Shown in pieces: positions 38,060 to 48,335 of a stretch of 61,982 nucleotides of DNA. The stretch lies in assembly GCA_016193585.1 (NCBI GenBank), contig JACPRW010000002.1, positions 1-61,982 of the forward strand. Reading direction: 5' to 3'. Below the pieces are notes generated by a model. It saw nothing but the letters and a program-made list of their open reading frames with translations. It made no database searches and was not told where the DNA came from. Origin of the DNA: Candidatus Aenigmatarchaeota archaeon (GTDB lineage Archaea > Aenigmatarchaeota > Aenigmatarchaeia > GW2011-AR5). Position numbers and translations under genes: made by a program. Positions within the stretch are counted from its first letter, which is position 1, and each line of letters starts with the position of its first letter.

Positions 38060-38668
38060 ATGACTAAAAAGATGAAAATACTCGCCGCGAGCGATTTCCA
38101 CCAGGACATCGAGGCGGTGAAGAAGCTTGCGAAGCAAGCGGACAAAGCGAAGGTTGATGTCGTTGTCATAGCCGGCGATCTGACGTACTTTGACGATGAC
38201 GTGTCCGGCATGGTAGGGCCATTCAGGCAGCGGCAGAGAGAGGTGCTTTTTGTTCCCGGCAACCACGACAGCCCTGCGACTGCGGATTTTGTCGTTGAGA
38301 AGTACAAGGCGCGAAACCTTCAATACTATGCCGTAGTCATCAGCGATGTCGGCTTCTTCGGCTGCGGCGGCGCCAACGTCGGCCCGCATTTCATCACCGA
38401 GAAGGAAATTGCCGACACGCTCAAGCGCGGCTTCACGTACGTGAAAGACGCTCCGAAAAAGGTCATGGTGACGCACATGCATCCTGCGAGCACGCTAGTT
38501 GAGAAATTCTCATTCAGGGGAAGCAAGGCAGTGCGCAAGGCCATCGAGGAGTTCAAGCCGGACGTGCACATCTCCGGCCACATCCATGAGACCGAAGGAC
38601 TCGTCGAAACAATCGGCAAAACCAAGACATACAGCATCGGCAAGAGCGGCCGGTTCATCAGCGTGTAG
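38060..38668 (+). CDS. Calcineurin-like metallophosphoesterase (MJ0936/YfcE type)
   Basis: ILAASDFHQD, VVIAGDLT, PGNHD and GHIHE motifs. Confidence 0.75.
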   Translation: MTKKMKILAASDFHQDIEAVKKLAKQADKAKVDVVVIAGDLTYFDDDVSGMVGPFRQRQREVLFVPGNHDSPATADFVVEKYKARNLQYYAVVISDVGFFGCGGANVGPHFITEKEIADTLKRGFTYVKDAPKKVMVTHMHPASTLVEKFSFRGSKAVRKAIEEFKPDVHISGHIHETEGLVETIGKTKTYSIGKSGRFISV

Positions 38669-38956
38669 CTGATTGTGCCGCTTCTCCAAGTGCCTGTCCG
38701 AAGGGGCGCTCGGAGCGCCGTATATGATGAAGCCTTTCTGATTCCCCCTCGTGATAGCAAGGTGGTTCCGCTGCTACCAATGGTCTGCCACCGCTCTATC
38801 CGTACCGGCACGTCCCGGCTGGTAACCTGCCGGTCACTCCGGCATGGCGTCATGTTATAGTTACTTTTCCGGTCAGGTCAGCATGAAAGTCCCGGTGGAG
38901 GCAATCCCCGTGGCAAAACTCCCCCATCCTGCCGGGGCGTGAAATACTCATGAAAT

Positions 38957-39043
38957 TATAGTTCTACAAGGAAAGATTTTGGATATTATTTCCTTGTGAA
39001 CTATAGGTGAACCCAGTCATAACATATCCTGATTATTTACTGG
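38957..39043. repeat. Hairpin-module repeat truncated by a poly-G tract
   Basis: Copy of 1838-1935 ends at gattatttactgg, then gatgggggaggggggggg. Confidence 0.8.
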
Positions 39044-39169
39044 ATGGGGGAGGGGGGGGGAGAGAATTTTGGAGAAGAACCACTTTTCTGGCTTTTGGTG
39101 TCATGCGAGGATTGGAGATAATCCTTCCGAAACACATTTATAACACCCAAAACCATAGTATGCATACGT

Positions 39170-42100
39170 ATGCTTCAATCTTCTCTGCAACCATCAGCAA
39201 GTGCCAAGCGCGTTCGCCGTACATGGTGCACCCTCTTCATACCCATTGCTGTCCTGCTTCTTGTAGCGAGTTTAAAGGCTACGCCTGCAGAAGCTGGATG
39301 CGTAACAGACGGTGGCTGGTCAGCAACGTGTAATTCTGGTAACATATACGGTGGAGGGGCCCCAAATACTAACCCATGCGTCAGAAGCGCAGGTGGATGC
39401 GGTATCGCATCAGTTGAATGCGAAAATGTTTGCTTGTTTTATAATAACAACTGCGGATTAGCTTCTGGTTGCTATTGCTCTGGGGGGAGTGTTTTGCAAC
39501 CATTCTGCGGGGGGCCGAACAAATGCTATAACCCAAAAGAACGCTATGGTAAAAGTGTTTGGTGCGGCAATGGAAAATATTGCGATCAGCAATGTGAGTG
39601 CGACAATTTATGCGGCGGCGCGCCGCCGCCGGGTAGCACGTGTTCAGCCGGCTGGAAATGCAAAAGCCCGACAACGAAAGGCTATCAGAGCAGCAACTGC
39701 GCATGGTCGCAGGAACAATACTGCAACTATGGCTGCTCCAATGGAAACTGCAATTCGGCTCCAGTGACGGCAAGCAATGACGCCGCTTTCGTAGAGCAAA
39801 CCGTGCCGTCAACGATGTGCGTCGGGCAGGTAGCGGCAGTAACCGTGAAAATGAGGAACACGGGAGGGTCGATATGGAATGCAGCTGACAATTACCGGCT
39901 TGGTGCGCAGAAGCCATCCCAAGACAGCGATCGGTGGGGCAATACAAGAGCTTATCTTGTGCCGTACATCAACTACTGGAACGGCGGTGTGGACACTGCG
40001 ACGTTCAACTCGCCGGGGTCAACGTGGAACGTGGTGCCCAATGCCGCGGGCACCTATGAGTTCCAGTGGCAGATGGTCAGGGATGGCGTTGGGTGGTTTG
40101 GCCAGAAGACGAATTCGGTGTCGGTGACCGTCCTTGCTGTGCCATCGTCGGCGCCGTCGCTGACGCAGCCTGCCTATAATCAAAAATTTCCCCCTGGCAC
40201 GTCGTCGGTGACGCTGAAGTGGAGCAGCGTCGACGGCGCGACCAGCTATGACGTGCGGGTCACCGATGATAACGATGCGGCGGATACGAGCAACATCGTC
40301 GGCGCAAATAGTAACTGTGCGCCAAGCTTAGACGTATGTTACGATGGCTGGACAAACAGAGAAATGACGATTACGGTGCAATCAGGCAAGCGGTACAAAT
40401 GGTGGGTGCACGCCAAAAACCAGTGCGGTTCTGGCGGCGGGTCGGCAAACTACGAATTTCTTGTCGATACCAACAGCCCGCCGGCGGCATCCATTGCTTC
40501 AGGCGCATCAGCCGGCTGCAGCGGCACTGCTTACACGTACGCCGCATCGGGCTCTGATGTGAACAGCAACCTCTACGATATAGCGCTCTATGTGTCTCCG
40601 ACATCCAGCAGGAGCGCGACATTGATGGGCGAATGCTCATTTGCGGACACGTCATCGTACAATTGCCAGAAGTCCTGGACACCGTCAGGAGCCGGCGCCT
40701 ATTACGTGTTCGTGAACGCGTGGGACCGGGCAGGCGGCCAGTGCTCTGGTAATCCATGGTGCGATTTCGATGGCGGCTCGCTCAGCTGCGACGCAGGCAG
40801 CAACTGCGTCTATTGTACGGGCTGGTCGCGCTGCGGGTCAAGCGACCGCACGACGGTCACCATTTCCAGCAATGAGTGCTCGGCAGCAGGCGTCATCGAA
40901 TGTTCCAGCAACCAGGCGCGCACCTGCGGCAGCAATTACGACGGCGATCCGTGCCTCGAATGGAGCTCGTACACGAGCTGCGGCAGCACGCAGTCGTGTG
41001 CATCAGGTTACAGCGGCTCCTGCGCCAATTCATGCAGCACAGCATCAGGTTGCGTCAGCTGTACGCTCACCTACACGGGAAGCTCGCCGACCTGCTGCGG
41101 CAATGACGGCACGAGCGTCGGCAGTAGCGGAACATGCTGTTCAAATCTTGTCAAGTGCGACGGCGTCTGCCGCAGCCGCAGTTCGTGCAGCTGCGACGAC
41201 GGCAATGCGTGCACCACCGGCGATACCATTCAGGCTGATGGCGTGTGCCGGGGGACAGCCTACGCGGCATCAGGAACGCCGTGCGGCACCACTGCATGCG
41301 GCTGGAACCAGGTCGGCAGCGGATGCACGCGGTACTGCAACGGCGCAGGAACCTGCAACAGCTGCCCGCCATCGTGCACGGCATCGTTTGGAACGTCCAT
41401 CGAATCGGTCTGCGTCAATAACGTGTGCAGCGGCGACGTGAGCGTGCCGACAACCGGCACCATTACGGCAGAGATTACCGTCAAAAACACTGGTGCCTTT
41501 TCCCAGGCGTGGTGGTTTGTCGGCGCCGAAGCCATGAGGGTCGGCAATTATAATGACCCCTATAACTCACGGTATGGCACGTCGCTCATCACGAAGTACT
41601 ACAACGGCAAAGACGATTACGGTGACTGCACGGTGAGCGACGCATCCGACATACCGTCAGGCGGAACACGGAAAATAACCTGCACCTTCCCTGCGGCGTC
41701 ATTTGGCGCAACGAGCGGCATCGAGCGCGTCATGTTCTGGGTGCATGAGCGGGACCTTGGCCAGGACAGGAACGGCGGCTGCGCGGTATGGGACGGGAGC
41801 AGTGATACGTACTACAAAACGTGCGGGAATGCAGTCAATTGTTACAGTGCCACTCCTGTCAGTTTATCGTGCGACCAACGCTATTATAGTCTCAGGAACG
41901 AGTTGCTGTCGCAGTACGGCCAGTGCTGGCAGTATGGTCAGAATGTGTGCAATGAACTCCAGGAATGGATAGAGTCTCTTGACAAATGCTATAGTCAGGC
42001 TGACTGCGATTTATTCAGAAATCATGCCCGGTATTCGTGCGACCCCAACCGCATCCCGATACCGAGTTACGTATGCGACAAGATGCAGCTGTACGACCAG

Positions 42101-44131
42101 AGATGTTACCGGAGCCGGTCGAATGGGTGCTGGGGCGGCTCGTGGTGGGACGACGCGCTCGCAACTGCAGCGCCTGCGGCGGTCAGGGTTTCGCTGATCG
42201 ACTGCACCGGTTCAGGCGGAGCGACTGGCCCCGGCGGTTACTGCTGCAGCGGCCTGACGAAATGCAGCGGCGACGTCTGCAGAAGCATCTGTACCGGCGA
42301 TTCCTGCAATGACGGCAGTCTGTGCACGTTCAATGACCGCATACAGGCTGACGGCTCGTGCAGGGGAACCATACACTCCTGCCCGGACGTGAAATGCGGG
42401 AGATTCGTGTGCGACGGCAACGGCGGGTGCACCGGCTCATACGTGAGCGTATGGTGCACCGACGACAATGCGTGCACCGCCGGCGATTTCTGCAGTGAAG
42501 GCTCCTGCCGGGCGACGGCCTACACCTGCCCTCCGCAGTCGTGCCCTGCTGATTCCTGCGCAAGCTCGACGTGGTACTCGACGTGGTACGATTACCCTGC
42601 GTCGTGCACGCGAAGCTGCCTCGGCAACGGCGCGTGCAGCGTCTGCGATTGCACGGCACAAACAACCGCGTGCACTGCCGGCAGCGGGTGCTGCGTTGCG
42701 CGGTGCTCAGCGGGCAGCGGGTGCTCGACAGCAGCAGGCTCGTGCGCTGATCTGTGCAGCGCGAATACGCTCACCATCGGACAAAGCTGCAGCGGGTGCG
42801 GGGCGAATGGCGCTGCAGGGAATTGTGGCGGCGGGACAAGTTATACGTGCGACGCGACATCGCATACGCTCTGTCAGCAATACTCATGCGGCGGCAGCAC
42901 GTACTCCTGCACGAATGCCGGCGGAAGCTGGTCGTGGAGAACAGCAACAGGCTGCAATGACAACAATGCATGCACGTACAACGACGCATGTGCAAGCGGC
43001 TCGTGCCGGGGAACGTCCTATGCGTGCAGCGACGTCTGCACCATGAACACGCTCACCATCGGCAGGGGATGCAACGGCGACGGCACGTGCGGCAGCGGCA
43101 CGTCCTATGCATGCGATGCCACAACGTACACGAGCGGCCAGCAGCTGACGTGTGGCGGTCTGCAGAAGTGCTGCACCTATGCCTCCGGCAGCTGGCAGTG
43201 GTCGTCATCGTGCGACAGCAATGCGCCATCCAGTGGCTGGACAGGCAGCAGCTTCGGGGCATATGATAATGACGGTACAGCATCAGCAACCGTATCATGC
43301 GCCGACAGCGGCAGCGGGCCGAAGGACGCGTGGGTCGCCAAAAAAGTCAATAATGCATGGCAGTACTACTGCGCTGACGGAACATGGCAGACGGACTCCG
43401 ACTGTAATAGCCACAATGGCATCGGCTTTTTATCATCCACGTATGCGTGCACCTCAACCGGCGCTGACGGACACCGTCTTCAATGTGCTGTCCGGTGCAG
43501 GGACAATGCGCTTAACGTTGATGCAAGCTGGGATTACACGACAGACTCATTAGTGGATACGTCTGCGCCAACATCTGGCTGGACAAGCAGCACCTTTGGG
43601 ACGTATGACACAGATGGCAGCGCTTCAGCTGTCACGTCGTGCAGTGATTCAGGAAGCGGAATCAGGGACGTATACGTAGCTTGGAGAGTCAATGGACTCT
43701 TTGCCAATTATGGTTATCAGGCATATCCCTATACCTGCACCTCAACCGGTTCTAATGGCCAGTATATTCAATGCGCTGTCCGGTGCAGGGACAATGCCGG
43801 CAATTTAGATGATAGCTGGGATTACACGGCTGGGACAATAGTGGACACTGCTCCTCCGTCCACCAGTTCTTCATCTTCCGTCACCGCCAACCAGTACAAC
43901 TGGTACACCTCGAACGTCGCGGTCACGCTGGCGTGCAGCGACACCGGCGGCAGCGGCTGCGGGGCGACGAAGTACTGCACCGATACGGCGGGCACGTGCA
44001 CGCCGACGACGACGTACAGCGCCGCGGTCACCATCAGCAGTCGAGAACCCTGCTCATCGACAAGACCGCGCCATCCGGCGTTTCGGTATCGAATACCAAC
44101 GGCTATTGGTCAGCAACAACCATACCCGTAA
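39170..44131 (+). CDS. Giant secreted Cys-rich adhesin-like protein, N-terminal 1,653 codons. Signal peptide, Cys-rich modules, CARDB/DUF11-like and FN3-like domains, four CxDxNxCT..D..C..G.CRG repeats, Ig-like repeats.
   Basis: Signal peptide MLQSSLQPSASAKRVRRTWCTLFIPIAVLLLVASLKATPAEA. About 150 Cys. The track frame ends in junk after AVTISS because of a frameshift at about 44040. Confidence 0.8.
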   Translation: MLQSSLQPSASAKRVRRTWCTLFIPIAVLLLVASLKATPAEAGCVTDGGWSATCNSGNIYGGGAPNTNPCVRSAGGCGIASVECENVCLFYNNNCGLASGCYCSGGSVLQPFCGGPNKCYNPKERYGKSVWCGNGKYCDQQCECDNLCGGAPPPGSTCSAGWKCKSPTTKGYQSSNCAWSQEQYCNYGCSNGNCNSAPVTASNDAAFVEQTVPSTMCVGQVAAVTVKMRNTGGSIWNAADNYRLGAQKPSQDSDRWGNTRAYLVPYINYWNGGVDTATFNSPGSTWNVVPNAAGTYEFQWQMVRDGVGWFGQKTNSVSVTVLAVPSSAPSLTQPAYNQKFPPGTSSVTLKWSSVDGATSYDVRVTDDNDAADTSNIVGANSNCAPSLDVCYDGWTNREMTITVQSGKRYKWWVHAKNQCGSGGGSANYEFLVDTNSPPAASIASGASAGCSGTAYTYAASGSDVNSNLYDIALYVSPTSSRSATLMGECSFADTSSYNCQKSWTPSGAGAYYVFVNAWDRAGGQCSGNPWCDFDGGSLSCDAGSNCVYCTGWSRCGSSDRTTVTISSNECSAAGVIECSSNQARTCGSNYDGDPCLEWSSYTSCGSTQSCASGYSGSCANSCSTASGCVSCTLTYTGSSPTCCGNDGTSVGSSGTCCSNLVKCDGVCRSRSSCSCDDGNACTTGDTIQADGVCRGTAYAASGTPCGTTACGWNQVGSGCTRYCNGAGTCNSCPPSCTASFGTSIESVCVNNVCSGDVSVPTTGTITAEITVKNTGAFSQAWWFVGAEAMRVGNYNDPYNSRYGTSLITKYYNGKDDYGDCTVSDASDIPSGGTRKITCTFPAASFGATSGIERVMFWVHERDLGQDRNGGCAVWDGSSDTYYKTCGNAVNCYSATPVSLSCDQRYYSLRNELLSQYGQCWQYGQNVCNELQEWIESLDKCYSQADCDLFRNHARYSCDPNRIPIPSYVCDKMQLYDQRCYRSRSNGCWGGSWWDDALATAAPAAVRVSLIDCTGSGGATGPGGYCCSGLTKCSGDVCRSICTGDSCNDGSLCTFNDRIQADGSCRGTIHSCPDVKCGRFVCDGNGGCTGSYVSVWCTDDNACTAGDFCSEGSCRATAYTCPPQSCPADSCASSTWYSTWYDYPASCTRSCLGNGACSVCDCTAQTTACTAGSGCCVARCSAGSGCSTAAGSCADLCSANTLTIGQSCSGCGANGAAGNCGGGTSYTCDATSHTLCQQYSCGGSTYSCTNAGGSWSWRTATGCNDNNACTYNDACASGSCRGTSYACSDVCTMNTLTIGRGCNGDGTCGSGTSYACDATTYTSGQQLTCGGLQKCCTYASGSWQWSSSCDSNAPSSGWTGSSFGAYDNDGTASATVSCADSGSGPKDAWVAKKVNNAWQYYCADGTWQTDSDCNSHNGIGFLSSTYACTSTGADGHRLQCAVRCRDNALNVDASWDYTTDSLVDTSAPTSGWTSSTFGTYDTDGSASAVTSCSDSGSGIRDVYVAWRVNGLFANYGYQAYPYTCTSTGSNGQYIQCAVRCRDNAGNLDDSWDYTAGTIVDTAPPSTSSSSSVTANQYNWYTSNVAVTLACSDTGGSGCGATKYCTDTAGTCTPTTTYSAAVTISSREPCSSTRPRHPAFRYRIPTAIGQQQPYP

Positions 44132-44600
44132 CGGTCAGCCGGGGCACCGACGCCCAGTCAGGCATGTCAGCAACCAATGCAGATTACCTCCTTGAGGTCG
44201 CCTCATCGGCACTGTCCGGAGGAACATGCCCCAGCTTTGGCGGCTATGCCGATGCCGGTGTCCCGGAAACAGCAGCTGCCACCAGCTACACCTATACCGG
44301 CACCTCGGGTAATTGTTATAAATTCCGCTACACCGTGGCGAATGCTGCGGGCTTGCCAATAACCTATACAGGAACCGATGTTACGAAAATCGACACGGCA
44401 GTTCCGGTAACTACGCCGTCGCTCTCTGGAACTGATGGCTGGAAAAGCTGGGGCGACTGGTACACCTCGAACGTCGCGGTCACGCTGGCGTGCAGCGACA
44501 CCGGCGGCAGCGGCTGCGGGGCGACGAAGTACTGCACCGATACGGCGGGCACGTGCACGCCGACGACGACGTACAGCGCCGCGGTCACCATCAGCAGTGC
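44042..44600 (+). CDS. Middle segment of the same giant gene, readable only in frame 1 (SRTLLIDKTAPSGVSVSNTNGYW ... YSAAVTISS)
   Basis: Part of track ORF 43933-44736. Bounded by two frameshifts at duplicated junctions. Confidence 0.6.
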
Positions 44601-46759
44601 AGTCGAGAACCCTGCTCATCGACAAGACCGCGCCGGTGTACCAGAGCTACGACGTGAGCGGCTGCGGTTACAAAACTGCCAACACGTGCTGGGTCAAGGC
44701 AGGCACCACGACGTACCACTATACCCGCCACACTGATGCCCACGCGACGCCCGCGTACCAGTACCTCACCTTCACCAAGGACGGCTGCGCGCCGAACAAC
44801 TGTGCTGCGAACAACGAAGTTAAATCCTACGTGTATGTCGACAGCGGCGCGCTCACCGACTGGATGGTGAACAATGCGTTCCTCGATATCACTGCCACAG
44901 CGTGCCAGACTGCCGGCGGCTGCACGGGCACCGACGTCACTGAGCAATGGTCGGTGTCAGCCGGCAATGCCGAAGGCGACTTCACCGTATGGACGTTCCT
45001 CTATGACGCCGCCGGGAACGGCATCGGCTACACCAACACCGGCTGGTCGTACAAGATTGACAGTACCCTGCCGTCAGCATCAATCAGCATCAACAATGGC
45101 AACGCACGGACGGTATCCTCGTCCGTGACGCTCACCCTCGCGTACGCCGACGCGCGCTCCGGCGTCAAGGACTGCCGGTACAGCAACGACGGTTCTGTAT
45201 GGAGTTCGTGGGAAAACTGTGGCACGACCAGGTCATGGACGCTCTCCGCAGGCGACGGCACGAGGGCGGTGTATTATCAGGTTCGCGATAATGCAGAAAA
45301 CGTGCAGCAAACGAGCGACACCATCGTGAAAGTGAGTTGCTCAGGCTACACCATCAATGGCGTGTGTGATAGGGATTGCGGCGGCCACGCCTCGTGCCAG
45401 GGCGACACGCCGGGGGCAAACCTCGTGCATTGTAACCTGGGAGCCAGGTCATATTTCGTTGACACGTGTACCGCCACCTGCCAGCCGGTTGACATGGATG
45501 CGGTGTGCAAAAGCGACTTGTCCCATGGCTCATGCACCGCGGACCGCAGCTGCGGCGGCATCACTGCAGGCCAGTGCGGTTCGTCGTCAATGTTATGCTC
45601 AAGCAGTTGCACCGCGGTATCGTGCCCGGGTGGCTGTTCCGGTGGCGTGTGCGCGGGCGGCGACGTGGTCTCGGCAATCACCGTGCCGTCGACGAGCACG
45701 TGGAAGCGAGAGAGCTTCACCGCCACGGCGACCGACACGCCTGTGGCATATCTCGCCACGAACACATGCCAGTACAGGGTCGAAAGCCTTGACGGGTCGG
45801 AAAACGTTGTTCATGATACGGGATGGCGCACCAGGTCCTGCAATGGCAACATCCCGTCCATAACATTGGGCGCTACCGGCGACTGCCGCGTCGAGGGCAG
45901 CGCCAGGTGCCGCGTCACGGTGCGGGCGAGCAACATCGCTGGCAGGCAGGGCACGGCGGACACGAAGACGTACAGCGTCGACTGGACAGCGCCAACGTAT
46001 GCAAGCTACGAGTTGTCAGGCTGCGACTACACGAGCGGCACCACCTGCTGGGTCAAGAGCGGCACGGTGACGACGCACACCATCCGCCACACCGATGACC
46101 GCGCCACGCCGTTGCAGCAGTACCTGTCGCTCGCATGGAATGGCTGCAATCCAATTTCATGCGCGGGGTGGGAAATCAGAAGTTATGTAAATGTTGACAC
46201 CGGCGCATTTGTTGATGATCCTCTATTGCAGAACAACAACTACCTCGACATCACAGGCACGACGTGCACCGAATCAGGCGGCTGCACGGGCACCGACGTC
46301 ACTGAGCGATGGTCGGTGTCAGCCGGCAATGCCGAAGGCGACTTCAAGGTCTGGACGAAGATGATTGACCACGCGGGGAACGGCGACACGTGGGCGGATA
46401 CGGGGAAGTGGCTCAAAGTCGATGCAGTAGCGCCCAGCCTGAGCACTGTGGTAACGCCTGAAAGGCTGTGGTACAACGGCCAGGTAACCATCGCACCGAC
46501 GGAATCAGACAGCCGTTCCGGCATCGCGTCGTGCCAGTACCAGGTGACGGATGGCATCAACGACGCGACCGACGGCATCTGGCGCACGCGCACCTGCGGC
46601 TCTCCGGTCGCCGTGAGCGTCGGCGCATCAGGCTTGTGCGCCGCCCAGGGCACCAACGCATGCACCGTCACGCTGCGTACGCTGGACAATGTGGGGAACA
46701 GCCAGCCGGTAACACGGAGCTTCAGTGTCGACTACACGGCACCGGCGTCGAGTTCGTAA
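44435..46759 (+). CDS. C-terminal 774 codons of the giant adhesin-like gene (meaningful from about 44598). Ig-like/Big-like repeats with Y..DxAGN motifs.
   Basis: RTLLIDKTAPVYQSYDVSGCGYK... Repeated about 100-aa modules ending in DxTxP. Same frame as 39170-44131. Confidence 0.75.
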   Translation: MAGKAGATGTPRTSRSRWRAATPAAAAAGRRSTAPIRRARARRRRRTAPRSPSAVQSRTLLIDKTAPVYQSYDVSGCGYKTANTCWVKAGTTTYHYTRHTDAHATPAYQYLTFTKDGCAPNNCAANNEVKSYVYVDSGALTDWMVNNAFLDITATACQTAGGCTGTDVTEQWSVSAGNAEGDFTVWTFLYDAAGNGIGYTNTGWSYKIDSTLPSASISINNGNARTVSSSVTLTLAYADARSGVKDCRYSNDGSVWSSWENCGTTRSWTLSAGDGTRAVYYQVRDNAENVQQTSDTIVKVSCSGYTINGVCDRDCGGHASCQGDTPGANLVHCNLGARSYFVDTCTATCQPVDMDAVCKSDLSHGSCTADRSCGGITAGQCGSSSMLCSSSCTAVSCPGGCSGGVCAGGDVVSAITVPSTSTWKRESFTATATDTPVAYLATNTCQYRVESLDGSENVVHDTGWRTRSCNGNIPSITLGATGDCRVEGSARCRVTVRASNIAGRQGTADTKTYSVDWTAPTYASYELSGCDYTSGTTCWVKSGTVTTHTIRHTDDRATPLQQYLSLAWNGCNPISCAGWEIRSYVNVDTGAFVDDPLLQNNNYLDITGTTCTESGGCTGTDVTERWSVSAGNAEGDFKVWTKMIDHAGNGDTWADTGKWLKVDAVAPSLSTVVTPERLWYNGQVTIAPTESDSRSGIASCQYQVTDGINDATDGIWRTRTCGSPVAVSVGASGLCAAQGTNACTVTLRTLDNVGNSQPVTRSFSVDYTAPASSS

Positions 46760-46866
46760 CCTGCGTGCGGCTGTTCAAATTCTGGGCGGCTCCGCGGGCC
46801 ATATTGAAAATTGTCCCATGCCGCGCTCTTTCGCCGTCGATGAATAAAAAGAAGTCCCGTAATGCC

Positions 46867-47187
46867 TCACGCCCTTACCCTCGCCTTCAGCTTCCCTTCG
46901 TCAAACGACTGCTTGAGCAGGAATTCCTCCAGCTTGAGGAGCGCCTGCACGCGCTCGTTCGCCGTATTGAGCGTGTAGAGCTGCACCCTGCCGATGGTTC
47001 GCGTCGGCCTCACGATGCCACTTTTGATCAGTCGCGGGAACGCCTTGTACAGTGTCGGCCGTGAAATGCCGCAGTTCCCGGCGATGTCCTTCTTCGTGTA
47101 GTCGATGCCTCTGCCTTCTATCAAAAAGTCGATGATTCTGTTTTCCACCGAGTCACCGATCACTTCCAAGAGCGTTGAATTCTCCAT
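46867..47187 (-). CDS. Winged-helix transcriptional regulator
   Basis: RIIDFLIEGRGIDYTKKDIAGNCGISRPTLYKAFPRLIKSGIV wHTH. Convergent with the adhesin gene. Confidence 0.6.
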   Translation of the reverse strand: MENSTLLEVIGDSVENRIIDFLIEGRGIDYTKKDIAGNCGISRPTLYKAFPRLIKSGIVRPTRTIGRVQLYTLNTANERVQALLKLEEFLLKQSFDEGKLKARVRA

Positions 47188-47235
47188 GATGAGCACCTTC
47201 CGCTGTTACCGTACCGTAACCATCATTACAATCAT

Positions 47236-47439
47236 TATAGTGAAACAAGAAAATAATACCGACATATTACTTCTTGTTTCACATATCCCCAGAAAGCAGA
47301 GCTTTCTGGGATCTCGAAGAACCTCTGTTCTTCGCAGATAGCAAACAAGGAAGTCATACAAGGTGGATTCCATGAATCCACCTGTACAGGAGAATCTTCG
47401 ATTCTCCTCGTATCGTGTTTATTTCCTTGTATTGCTATA
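47236..47439. repeat. Family A variant with two extra inserted hairpins (cagaaagcagagctttctgg, cgaagaacctctgttcttcg) and the 56-nt inner insert
   Basis: Shares module 1 and 2 ends with 8209-8304. Lies in the promoter region of the 46867-47187 gene. Confidence 0.8.
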
Positions 47440-47509
47440 ACATCAATATCAGCATCAGTATCAATAGCAGTGATTAATAGTATTTAAATCTTTACATTCA
47501 TGTAAAGAT

Positions 47510-47791
47510 GTGGATAACTACGTCATTCGTGCCAAAGTGCTCTACGCCTTGGCGCGAAAGCGGAAGTGGGGTGAAAGCCATACCGCGTTTGAGCACGTGC
47601 TGCGGCAGTTCAAGGCAGAGTCGTTGGGCAAAGCAGGCTTCAAGAATGCAAAGAACATTGCCGAGGACCTGATGCGAGAAGGGTTCATTATCAAAAAGCC
47701 GACAAGTTACGGCTTGCAGGTATCGCTTAATCCGGTGAGGGCGGCAGACATCAAGAGGCTGATACAGGAGCAGTTGGGGTTTGATGTATAA
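47510..47791 (+). CDS. Hypothetical small protein (GTG start)
   Basis: 93-aa ORF with host-like GC3 bias. Confidence 0.4.
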   Translation: MDNYVIRAKVLYALARKRKWGESHTAFEHVLRQFKAESLGKAGFKNAKNIAEDLMREGFIIKKPTSYGLQVSLNPVRAADIKRLIQEQLGFDV

Positions 47792-47972
47792 GGGTCTTCG
47801 TATGACACTCCCGGTTGAAGTATGGAGAAATGCGCAGCATATGTCCTTAGAGGCTGCGCATTTCTCATCTAGCGAATTGCGTTTTCACAGGTCATAAGCA
47901 ACGCAATTCTCTATAACAGTCTTTCAAAAATCCCCTAATTATGGCATTCAAGTTTCAAAAGCGATCATTGAT

Positions 47973-48335
47973 TTGGAGAAATACACTCCGCTCAAACGTA
48001 AAGACATTAACGAACAGACAGTAAGGATAGATGATAAAACGGACGAGAATTTGGTAGAATTAAGTCCACTGCAGTCCAAGCGTCAAGCAAGTATAAGCTT
48101 CTCTGATTCCAGCAATCAACAATGGCGTATCGATATCCAGATCCGCAACGATAATGAGGCACAACCTCCAGAGATTAATGTTGAATGTGTGGTCAGGTGT
48201 GGTGCAAGAAGAAGACCTTTCACCATTCCCAGGAGAGCATTGAAAACAGTGCATCGTACTACACAGCACGGCGGTATACTGGTTGGTCTGAGCTTCATGA
48301 ACAAATCCATTGCCATAGGAACAGAACTGCGCTAA
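47973..48335 (+). CDS. Hypothetical protein
   Basis: 120-aa ORF. No motif. Confidence 0.35.
   Translation: MEKYTPLKRKDINEQTVRIDDKTDENLVELSPLQSKRQASISFSDSSNQQWRIDIQIRNDNEAQPPEINVECVVRCGARRRPFTIPRRALKTVHRTTQHGGILVGLSFMNKSIAIGTELR

Noticed and set aside
40770-41441. 223-aa Ala/Arg-rich ORF and other short ORFs in alternative frames inside 39170-46759
   Set aside because: Alternative-frame artefacts of the GC-rich giant gene. The frame 2 reading has signal peptide and domain repeats.
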